Origin: a virus
Taxonomy: Duplodnaviria; Caudoviricetes
Virus record (IMG/VR): IMGVR_UViG_3300034166_001039
Location: 1-24,990 of that record
Reading direction: 5' to 3' (one strand)
Length of the DNA stretch: 24,990 bases
Shown here piece after piece: positions 7,960-15,791 of this stretch; position 1 is the stretch's first letter; every line of letters begins with the position of its first letter. Made by a program: the position numbers and the translations under genes. The notes under the pieces are model-generated. The model saw only the letters and a list, made by a program, of their open reading frames with translations, did not search any database and was not told the DNA's origin.

Positions 7960-8024
7960 CAGCAACCCCCGGAGTCGGACCGGGCACAAGGGCATGGGGT
8001 CCCTCGCGGCAAACCTGCGGCGCC
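7960..8024 (-). ncRNA. D-armless tRNA-like element, copy 2
   Basis: GGCGCC GCAGGTTTGCC GCGAGGG ACCCCATG CCCTTGT G CCCGG TCCGACT CCGGG GGTTGCT G. Bulged acceptor-like stem, 7-bp stem and 5-bp T-arm; same architecture as 23027-23091. Confidence 0.55.
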
Positions 8025-8064
8025 ATCCGCCGGGGATTCCGCCCCGGCTCGGTTGTCACGTCGA

Positions 8065-9042
8065 TCAGGCCGCAACAGCCTCGGTCGTCCGCGCCACCAA
8101 ACGCTGGACCTTGACCGGCCCAGCGGTCGCTGCACTGCTCGACTTTTCGAGGTGCGCGAGCAGCTTGAACGGCCCCGTTGCGGCGGTCAGCACGAACGTC
8201 GTCGCCGACAGAACGCGCTGCCCGTTGATGTAGAACTTCACGCTCGTCAGGTCGCGCGTGTCGATCCACACGTCGAACGATGTGCCGACCACAAACGCCT
8301 TTGTGGTGTCGGTCGCGGCGACTTCGGTCGTCCCGTCGTCCGACTCCGCGAGGAGCGTCAGCGCCCCGCCGTCGATGTGAACGAACGCCGACTCCGCGAT
8401 GGCATCCGCATCCGTCGTGCTCGTCGCGTTGGCCACGCCGACATTGATGTCGACCGCGTTGGTTGAACCGTTGGCCGCGATCAGCACGCGAGCCTCGGCG
8501 ATACCCTTGGCCCCCTTCGCAAACGATGCGGTCGACAAAACATCGACGCACTGTGCCTCGTTGGTGGAGGTAAGCACCATCTCGGCACAGGAACGACCCT
8601 GCATCCGCGCTTCCTGGAAACCGGTAAACGCAGCCGTTCCCGTCGCCACCGAATCGAACTCTTCGAGGGCGTCGACCGAATAGACTGTGCGGACGTTGAG
8701 GTCGACCAGCACGGCTGTCCCGGTCTCGGTCGTGTGGTCACCCACCACGGCCCCGAGGTAGAAGTCCCGGTCGTCGCCGCGACGGATGAACGCGACGTTT
8801 GCCGAGTGGTCCCACCACGCTTCGCCGCCGTCGAGGAAGGCGTGCGTCCCGGCCTTCGGCACGGAGTATTGACCGCGAACCGCCACCGCTGCCGGGTCCG
8901 CGGTCGTCGTCGCCGCCTTGTCCCGCAGCACCACACCGGCACGTCCGTCCGGCAGTTGAATCACTTGACCACCCGTGAGGGCGGCCGTCGTCCGCATTTC
9001 GACGACGCTCGGGTCGTCCAATACCGAATCCGCTTCGGGCAT
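8065..9042 (-). CDS. DUF2190-like capsid cement/decoration protein with C-terminal beta-sandwich extension
   Basis: ATG 9042 with GGAG SD, directly after the capsid gene. AALTGGQVI...GVV...AVAVRGQYSVPK...GGEAWWD...YLG...VLVDLN fits the DUF2190 pattern, plus ~200 extra aa. Confidence 0.7.
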   Translation of the reverse strand: MPEADSVLDDPSVVEMRTTAALTGGQVIQLPDGRAGVVLRDKAATTTADPAAVAVRGQYSVPKAGTHAFLDGGEAWWDHSANVAFIRRGDDRDFYLGAVVGDHTTETGTAVLVDLNVRTVYSVDALEEFDSVATGTAAFTGFQEARMQGRSCAEMVLTSTNEAQCVDVLSTASFAKGAKGIAEARVLIAANGSTNAVDINVGVANATSTTDADAIAESAFVHIDGGALTLLAESDDGTTEVAATDTTKAFVVGTSFDVWIDTRDLTSVKFYINGQRVLSATTFVLTAATGPFKLLAHLEKSSSAATAGPVKVQRLVARTTEAVAA

Positions 9043-9080
9043 GTTTGTTTCTCCCCGTGGGGTTGTTTCTGGCTTGGAAG

Positions 9081-9107
9081 GCCCGGCGATCCCATCGACC
9101 GCCGGGC
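9081..9107 (-). promoter_or_regulatory. Stem-loop downstream of the capsid gene
   Basis: GCCCGGCGGTC-GATGG-GATCGCCGGGC (11 bp, one G-U). No U tract, so an mRNA stabiliser or weak terminator. Confidence 0.4.
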
Positions 9108-9143
9108 GTGTCAATCACAATCCGCGCGACTCACGGGCGACTG

Positions 9144-12100
9144 TCAGGCAGCACCCTTCGACTTCACCCCGGCGAGGTATTCCGCTTGGTCGACCCCGAA
9201 GTCGTGGTAGCCCCGGAACACGATCCCGAGCGTGTCGAATTCGGCGTCACTCGACTCGACGGTCGGCGTCTGCTGACCGTTGAGGAACGAGACCACCATC
9301 GCGGCCATCCGTTGCGGCGCCCGCATGAGATACCAAGCGGTCGTCGAGAAGCCGGTGAAGGCCGAATCGGACAGCCACGGCACGACCACCGGTCGATACT
9401 TGCGGTAGTACGTGTTCGTCCCGCTCACCGCCGTGGCGACAGCCGGGTCGGTCAGGTAAATCCGGTTCGCGGTGTCTTCCAGTTCGGGAGGCACCACGAG
9501 GATTTCCGGGTTCCCGCCGATGCGATATCGCTGGCTGTCGCTGTCGCTCGACTTGACCTTGGGCGACTTCATGTCGCGGAACGCCTTCAACCCGAGACCG
9601 AGGCCCACGCCGTCGGTCCCCAGGTTCGTCGTCGCTCCGCTGATGTAGTTGCCACGCGCGCTCGTGAAGAACGAGGCGTTGTCGAGGAACTTGGTCCAGT
9701 AGACGTTATTCAGCTTCTTCGCGGCCCCGCTCCCCAGACGGTTGCGGATGTCGTCGAAGGCGCCCAAGTCGTCGTTGAGGATGTCCGCTCGGTCAAACTG
9801 GAACATTTTCGCGTAGGTCTTCGCCTGCCGCGTGTACGACTCTTCCCCGAGCTTGCCTTCCTTGATCTTCCCGCCGGGGGGCAGTTCCTCGTACTGCATG
9901 TCGTCGAGCATGCGATAGCTCGTGACCTGCTTGAAGTCGCGGACGGTCTTGACGGTCGCCAATTCCCGCCACGTCTGATCCTCTTCCATGTAGCCCCTGA
10001 GAATCTCTTTGTTGGCCACGTTGGACAGGATGCCCGGCAGGGACAGCGTCGACGCATTGGTCGCGGCGAGACTCCCGGAGTAGCGACCGAAGGCCGCTTC
10101 GAGCACCGCACGGAGGTTGCCGGAATGCACGCCCTCGTGCGGGCCGGACACGTAGCCCCGCGCACACGCTTCGATCATGAGCAACCGTTGAAGGCCCAGG
10201 TTCCGAAACTGCCGTTGCGCTTTGTCGAGCGTTTCGGCGCTGTAGTGCTTTTCCGGGGACGCCAGACCGGCCGACAGGGCCAGCGCGGCTTCCAGCACCT
10301 GCGGCGATGAATCGTGGTTGTGGACGATCCCGCTCGGGGCCTTCGGACGCACTTCCTTGAGCGCGGCCAGTTCGGTCTTTTCGCGGGTCCACCCTTCGCC
10401 GATGGCCGTGGCTTCGATGCGACCGCGGGCCTTCACGTCGGGAATCTCGGCGACGATCTCGCGAATCGCACCGATGCGGGCGGCTTCCTCGGCGGCTTGC
10501 TTCCGCATCAGACCGAGCATCGTCACGGACGCGGCGGTCAGGTCCAGATTCGCACCGGCGGCCACAGCAGGCGCGGGCGTCGGGGTGGCGGTCGCGGTCG
10601 CAACCGGAGCGGCGGCCTTGGCTTTCGCCTCCGCTTCACTCGCCTGCTGCGAGTCGTAGACCTTCTGCAGCGCGGCCAAAGCCTCGGGCGTTTGCGTTGC
10701 CGGGTCCATTCCCAGCGACTTCAACCAGTCCTCAAAAGTCATGGCGTTTGCCTTTCCTGAAAGCGCGGCAGCCGCCGCAAGATTCACCGTGGTGCGGCTG
10801 TCCGCCCCCATCGGGAGAACACTGGTTTCGCGCAACTCAGCCGATCGCGCGAGAATGAACGGCCCCTCGATCTGCTGACCGTTGACGGCGACGACCTGCC
10901 CGGCGGGAATCTCGATCCCCTCGTAGTTGCAGCCGATTGACGCCTGCCACTTGTGGCCCTTGTCCGCCTGCGCCAGCACTTGCAGGCACTTCGGCGAGGC
11001 CCCCGTCACGGACCCGCGAAGCCGGAGCGTCGTCCCGTCGTTCTCAACGGCCTCGACTTGCCCAAGCGTGCTTTCGACCGACTTCGTGTGATCGATCAGG
11101 ATCGGCACGTTCTGCGCGACCGTGAGCGCGGACAGGTCAACGACGACCGGCAGGGGGGCGCCCGAGACGTTCAGCTTTCCGCCGGTGTAGGCCAAGATGT
11201 CGAACCGCCGAGCCTTGCCAGATTCCGCAGCCGACAACGCAACCACAGCCGGACCGTTCAGCGTCGTGACGGTCGCCGCCGCTTCGAGGGACAGCACCCC
11301 GCACGCTTGGGCGACCTCGGTGTCGTCAACACGACCGTCGGACAACGCATCATCGAGCAACGCGGCAGCACGCTCCGGCGCGAGGCCCAGGGTCTCCAGT
11401 AACGCAGCAGAGGCAGCACGCGACGACCGACCGGCAATGGCCTCGTTCAGAACATCCCGAACGGCCTTGACGTTGTTCTGCCACTGTCGACGACCGAGAC
11501 CGCCGAACTCGCCACCGGGGGCCGCGCTCGCGACACCGGCAGCCGGATCGGCAGGCACACCCGCAGACGCCGACGGAAACTTGAGCGACAGCCGGAGCAT
11601 CCGCAATTGACCGGGCGTCACCCCATAGTCTTGAGCGGCGCGGCGTTCCTCGCTGGTGAAATCGCGACCGAGCAACATCGCTTCCGTCGAGGGGGCCGAC
11701 AGACCGGCATCGACGCGAGCGACAGCCGCCTTGATCCGGTCCAATTCGTCCCCGGTCGGTGGCGGGTCCCACTGCCACGCATGCGGAATGCGTTCGATCT
11801 CCGGCAGGCCGTCGAGCAAGCCCGGAACGAACACCGCCTCGTCGAGGAACCAGCGGAACAGCTTCTCGACGAACTGTCGCTCGAATCGCCGTTGCTCGCT
11901 CGTGACCTCGGCCACCCACGCAATCGACTGGTCGAGCACCGCCGACGAGTAATTCGACTCGCGCGACGATCCGACCGCGATGTGATACGGCATGCAATAC
12001 GGACGGCACCACTTCGTGATTTGCTGCCGCGTGAACATCTCGTAAGTCGTCGCCGGATGCTCGGGCTTGAACGAGTTTCGGTGCCACCCCTGCGGCAGGA

Positions 12101-12971
12101 ACGTCGCCCCGCCGTCCGGCAAGTTGATCTGGAAGAAATCCGACTGGCTCGACGACGGAGTCCCCGCGGCGCCAGCGGTCTCGATGGTCTCGGGTGACCG
12201 GGCCGCGTTCTCGGCGGCGATCAGCGTCGCACGCTCGAATCGACGCAATGTCGCAAGATCGACCAGCCCGGACGCCCCGCGAGACACGCCCCGCAACTGG
12301 CCGGGACGATCCGCGCGGTACGTGTGAATCACGTCACTCGCGTCGTACCAATCGCCTTCCAGCGACCCACCCCAAGCGTAGTTTGCGCCCGGATGTTGCC
12401 GCAGAATGTGATACCGCACCGGCAGGCCCGACTCGGAATCGACTTCGACCCCGTCGTCAATGTTCGGATCGGTCACCGCTTGCCACGGCAACCCGAGTTG
12501 TTCGGCTTCGTACAGCCGCGGCACAACACGAAATTCCGGGTGAACATCCGCGCGACGACGCAGGCCGACGCATTCGCCGTCCCGCCAGTCCGTTCGCACC
12601 GCCGTTTTGAGCACTGAGACGAGGCCGATGGCATTCGCGAACTCGGCCCACGCCGCTTCGAGACGGTCACCGGCGACACGGTCCTCGACCAGCACCTGGA
12701 GCCGCGGGCCGTTCCCGACGATGTGATTCGCCGCCGTCGTCAACAGCCCGTTCAGCCAGCAGCAGTTTTCGTCCTCGTACCGCATCCGCTTCCGCAGCAC
12801 GGACCGCACCTGCGGCGACAACGACGCCCGAGCGTCCATCGAGTCCGCGTAGGCGAAGTGATTGGACAGCGTCCCCGTCGTCTGCGCACCCTCGAAGCGC
12901 GCCTGCACTCGCCCGAACACCGGAGCGAACGAACGCGACACCGTGGCGATGACACGAGAAAACCAACTCAC
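9144..12971 (-). CDS. Fused portal (lambda family) - prohead protease - scaffold - major capsid (Mu gpT-like) polyprotein
   Basis: Portal motifs (LRKRMRYEDEN, DGVEVD...PVRYHI, VIH...RPGQLRGVS, NYSSA) ~12971-11590; protease (RRFDILAYTGG, VPILIDH, WQASIG, LRETSVLPMGAD) ~11215-10790; scaffold from 10742; capsid (LPGILSNVANK, VRDFK, GEESY...TYAKMF, ILNDDLGAF, FLNGQQTPTVE, YHDFGV) ~10050-9144. No stop codon in 3828 nt. Confidence 0.9.
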   Translation of the reverse strand: MSWFSRVIATVSRSFAPVFGRVQARFEGAQTTGTLSNHFAYADSMDARASLSPQVRSVLRKRMRYEDENCCWLNGLLTTAANHIVGNGPRLQVLVEDRVAGDRLEAAWAEFANAIGLVSVLKTAVRTDWRDGECVGLRRRADVHPEFRVVPRLYEAEQLGLPWQAVTDPNIDDGVEVDSESGLPVRYHILRQHPGANYAWGGSLEGDWYDASDVIHTYRADRPGQLRGVSRGASGLVDLATLRRFERATLIAAENAARSPETIETAGAAGTPSSSQSDFFQINLPDGGATFLPQGWHRNSFKPEHPATTYEMFTRQQITKWCRPYCMPYHIAVGSSRESNYSSAVLDQSIAWVAEVTSEQRRFERQFVEKLFRWFLDEAVFVPGLLDGLPEIERIPHAWQWDPPPTGDELDRIKAAVARVDAGLSAPSTEAMLLGRDFTSEERRAAQDYGVTPGQLRMLRLSLKFPSASAGVPADPAAGVASAAPGGEFGGLGRRQWQNNVKAVRDVLNEAIAGRSSRAASAALLETLGLAPERAAALLDDALSDGRVDDTEVAQACGVLSLEAAATVTTLNGPAVVALSAAESGKARRFDILAYTGGKLNVSGAPLPVVVDLSALTVAQNVPILIDHTKSVESTLGQVEAVENDGTTLRLRGSVTGASPKCLQVLAQADKGHKWQASIGCNYEGIEIPAGQVVAVNGQQIEGPFILARSAELRETSVLPMGADSRTTVNLAAAAALSGKANAMTFEDWLKSLGMDPATQTPEALAALQKVYDSQQASEAEAKAKAAAPVATATATPTPAPAVAAGANLDLTAASVTMLGLMRKQAAEEAARIGAIREIVAEIPDVKARGRIEATAIGEGWTREKTELAALKEVRPKAPSGIVHNHDSSPQVLEAALALSAGLASPEKHYSAETLDKAQRQFRNLGLQRLLMIEACARGYVSGPHEGVHSGNLRAVLEAAFGRYSGSLAATNASTLSLPGILSNVANKEILRGYMEEDQTWRELATVKTVRDFKQVTSYRMLDDMQYEELPPGGKIKEGKLGEESYTRQAKTYAKMFQFDRADILNDDLGAFDDIRNRLGSGAAKKLNNVYWTKFLDNASFFTSARGNYISGATTNLGTDGVGLGLGLKAFRDMKSPKVKSSDSDSQRYRIGGNPEILVVPPELEDTANRIYLTDPAVATAVSGTNTYYRKYRPVVVPWLSDSAFTGFSTTAWYLMRAPQRMAAMVVSFLNGQQTPTVESSDAEFDTLGIVFRGYHDFGVDQAEYLAGVKSKGAA
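10742..10758 (-). promoter_or_regulatory. Putative internal ribosome-binding site and ATG for a scaffold-capsid product
   Basis: AGGAAAGG-CAAACGCC-ATG (MTFEDWLK), in frame, just after the protease domain. Confidence 0.55.
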
Positions 12972-13183
12972 GTTTGGTGCCCCCCAAGAGGACCGGGGGG
13001 CGTGTATTGGCCGAACCGCAGACCGCCAGCGCGATCGCCCGCCATCGCATTGCGCGACGCGAGGTAGCGATCCGCCTCGATCAGTTCGGTAAGCGATCTC
13101 TCGGTGACCGTCTGCCCGTCAACCGACACGGAGACCGCACCCGCCGCTCGCGTCTCGATCTGGCTCGCCAGAGAGTCCGACAT
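12968..13183 (-). CDS. gpW-like head-tail adaptor / head completion protein
   Basis: 71 aa MSDSLASQIE...SVSVDGQTVTERSLTELIEADRYL, between terminase and portal as lambda W is; stop overlaps the portal GTG. Confidence 0.7.
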   Translation of the reverse strand: MSDSLASQIETRAAGAVSVSVDGQTVTERSLTELIEADRYLASRNAMAGDRAGGLRFGQYTPPGPLGGHQT

Positions 13184-13227
13184 AAAAGAATGCCCGCGCA
13201 GAGGGTGCAGCCCCTGCACGGGCATTC
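13184..13227 (-). promoter_or_regulatory. Long hairpin + TTTT abutting the gpW-like start codon
   Basis: GAATGCCCGTGCAG-GGGCTGCACCCT-CTGCGCGGGCATTC-TTTT-ATG (14-bp stem). Confidence 0.6.
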
Positions 13228-13350
13228 AAGCGACCGGGGATCAGCCGGATCGACGGCAATCATCCCCATAGTGCGAGCTAAGACAATCTTGCCTTGCGCG
13301 AGTAAATCGACTTCTCACAATGTTCCGTTACCCGTATCCGTCCACGCGAC

Positions 13351-13560
13351 TTATCTCGCGACCCCGCCGGTTCTAGGTCCCGGTCCAAGTTGCTCCGTCG
13401 TCAGCAGCAAGCGACGACACTCCGGGTTGAGGCAGCGACGTTCGCGGCGAATGGTGCCAGCACGTTTCACGGTGCGAGTTACTTCGCTTTCGGTACTGCC
13501 ACAGTCCGGGCATCTAATACCGAGCGGCGGCAGTTGTAGCGGCAAGGCCTGTTGTTTCAT
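13351..13560 (-). CDS. Zn-ribbon protein (NrdR-N / Ogr-Delta-like regulator)
   Basis: ATG 13560 overlaps the terminase stop; CPDCGSTESEVTRT...IRRERRCLNPECRRLLLTTE. Confidence 0.75.
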   Translation of the reverse strand: MKQQALPLQLPPLGIRCPDCGSTESEVTRTVKRAGTIRRERRCLNPECRRLLLTTEQLGPGPRTGGVAR

Positions 13561-15653
13561 ACCACGCGCCCCACGAGGAGATGGGGAGGAATGACGAACG
13601 GCTTCGGACCGTCCCCGACTGCGGACCCACTCGCCTCGAACTGGCGAATGCCGCACATCGAGGCCCCGACGTGACACCCGACCAATCCGTCGAACCAGTG
13701 GTTATCCCTTCCCGGCAGCAGCGACCATTCGGTGAGTTCACGCCCCCGCCCCGATGTTTCGATGGCAACCTCGGCCGTCAAATGGTCCTTGAGCATCCGG
13801 TGCGCCTCGGGTTTGTGGCCCCACACGGACAAGCACCCCTTGTCCCCCATCGGCGTCGCGAATCGCTGCGCGGCGAACGTCTTCCAAGTGTTCGTGTCGA
13901 TGTTGACGTGGCGGACCGATCTACCCTCTCGCACCGACGACACGATCCAGCCTTGCCCGTGCTCCTCGCCGGGCCGCTTCTGCCACGACTCCATCGGCGA
14001 CGACTTCGCCGAAATGCCCCGACCGTGCGACGGGATGACCAGCGCGGCGAAGGGCGTCTGTTGGGCGAACCGGTAGACCGTGCCCGTCGACTTGCCCCAG
14101 TTCGCATCGATCAAGATTCGCGAGGCCCGCATCGCGATCCCGTCCGCGCGGGTCCACTGTTTCCCCGCGATCCCGTTCACCAACGCTTCGAGGCCCGCGT
14201 ACAGGGTTCCTTCGAGACCGCGACCGGGGTACGCATCCTGCAACGTCCGCCGAGCGTCGGCCAAGGTGAAGTAGGCGCGCCCCTGGTCGGGGAACGTCCC
14301 GTAGTCGATGACGTACCCGGTGAAAAATGGCTCCCACGCGCAGACCACGTACCAAAGCGTCGTTTGCTGCACGTCGACGTAGGCCGTGATGTGCGTACAG
14401 GCCGACGGCACCGCGTGACGCTCTAACCCGTTGCACTTGGCCGCCAGCAACGCATCCGAGACCGCCGACACCGCCGTCGCCTTCGGGCGAATCGGATCGT
14501 TCTGGAACTCACTCGCGAACCCAACCTCTCCATATCTGAGACGCAGGTGGATTACGTGCTGCTGTGCGGAAATGTCCGATTTCGATTTGCGTTCCGGCCA
14601 CGAGACGACGAATCCCTTATCCATCGCCTCGCGGTTCTGCACGTAGAACTCGACGGCCTCAGAAATTCCCCGATCCTTTCGCAGGCCCTCCGACATCATG
14701 TCGATGTATCGAGACCACAGGGCCTCGCCAACTTCATCGGGCCACGACTGCACCATCCGACAGCGGATCCCCCGCCACTGCGGATTCCGCTGCCGATCCA
14801 CGAGCCTGTCGGCAAGATCGTTTGGCTTGATGACCGTGAGCGGAGCCAGAACCGAGAATTCCTCGCCGGGACCTGCAAGCCCTTGAACCGCCGAATTGAT
14901 GATCGACTCGCGGTCGTCGCACTGGCTCGGGGAGGCTGCGGATTCTTCCGTCTGCGCGTCATCAACGATTGCGAGCGTCGGACGATGAATCTGGCCATCC
15001 TCGAACACGCGAAAGCGACCGCGGATTTCGCCCGTCAACCCGACCGCGTCAATCGTGGCGCCCGACGCCACCGATCCGTCGATGGTCGGCAGGATGACTT
15101 GATCCGCGCCTAACTTCATTTCGATCGGATTGCCCTTGTGCAGGAGCCGCCGTTGCTTGACCCCGGCCAGCTTTCGGATCGGCACACACACCTCGGGGAA
15201 GTCCTGCGCGAGCAATTCCTTGGTTCGCAAATGGTTGACGATGGAGACCAGCAACCGCGACGCGGCGTCGGCAGTGGCTCCCACGAGGATGACGTAGCGA
15301 TGCCGACCCTTGAGGATTGCCCAGATAGCCGCGACGACGCACATGGCCGTCTTGCCGCTTCCCCGAGGCATCGCCACTGCTGTTGCCCCGCCGTGCTCGA
15401 CAACGTCCTCAACGAGGTTTGACACGAGCACATGGTCGGGCGAATCCGGCAGGTAGAAATTCTCCGCGAAGTACGTCTGGCGAAACGCGGTGTACGACTC
15501 CAGGCAGATTGCTCGCCGTTCTGGATTTCGCACCGGCGGCAAATCCCCGATGTCGCGGGCGCTCGTTGACTGCTCGCGAAACTCCTGCGCTTTCCGCTCG
15601 CGAAACTCCTCGTAGGCAACTTGGCTTTTCGCGGTTTTCGCCATCTTGCCCAT
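13557..15653 (-). CDS. Terminase large subunit, lambda GpA-like
   Basis: Walker A AMPRGSGKT, Walker B LAIVDD, nuclease region AYVDVQ...LIDANWG...DNHWFD. Start is ATG 15653 or 15644 (ORF track extends to 15701). Confidence 0.9.
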   Translation of the reverse strand: MGKMAKTAKSQVAYEEFRERKAQEFREQSTSARDIGDLPPVRNPERRAICLESYTAFRQTYFAENFYLPDSPDHVLVSNLVEDVVEHGGATAVAMPRGSGKTAMCVVAAIWAILKGRHRYVILVGATADAASRLLVSIVNHLRTKELLAQDFPEVCVPIRKLAGVKQRRLLHKGNPIEMKLGADQVILPTIDGSVASGATIDAVGLTGEIRGRFRVFEDGQIHRPTLAIVDDAQTEESAASPSQCDDRESIINSAVQGLAGPGEEFSVLAPLTVIKPNDLADRLVDRQRNPQWRGIRCRMVQSWPDEVGEALWSRYIDMMSEGLRKDRGISEAVEFYVQNREAMDKGFVVSWPERKSKSDISAQQHVIHLRLRYGEVGFASEFQNDPIRPKATAVSAVSDALLAAKCNGLERHAVPSACTHITAYVDVQQTTLWYVVCAWEPFFTGYVIDYGTFPDQGRAYFTLADARRTLQDAYPGRGLEGTLYAGLEALVNGIAGKQWTRADGIAMRASRILIDANWGKSTGTVYRFAQQTPFAALVIPSHGRGISAKSSPMESWQKRPGEEHGQGWIVSSVREGRSVRHVNIDTNTWKTFAAQRFATPMGDKGCLSVWGHKPEAHRMLKDHLTAEVAIETSGRGRELTEWSLLPGRDNHWFDGLVGCHVGASMCGIRQFEASGSAVGDGPKPFVIPPHLLVGRVV

Positions 15654-15684
15654 CTTGAAAGTAAGTGAGTGGTGTTGTTTGACA

Positions 15685-15727
15685 GTTCCCGTAGGTATCA
15701 CGAGCCGAAAAAGCCCCGGAAGGACCC
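15685..15727 (-). other. Putative cos packaging region (lambda cosQ-like GGGTCCT)
   Basis: GGGTCCTTCCGG at 15727 downward, in the intergenic gap just upstream of a GpA-type terminase. Lambda cosQ context is GGGTCCTTTCCGG. Confidence 0.55.
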
Positions 15728-15791
15728 ATCGACCTTACTTTTACGTTGGATTGCTTGACCCAACCGGGGGCCTGCACGCCGGCACCGGTGC

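Noticed and set aside
13270-13345. Sigma70-type late promoter
   Set aside because: The region is AT-richer, but I found no convincing -35/-10 pair at proper spacing.
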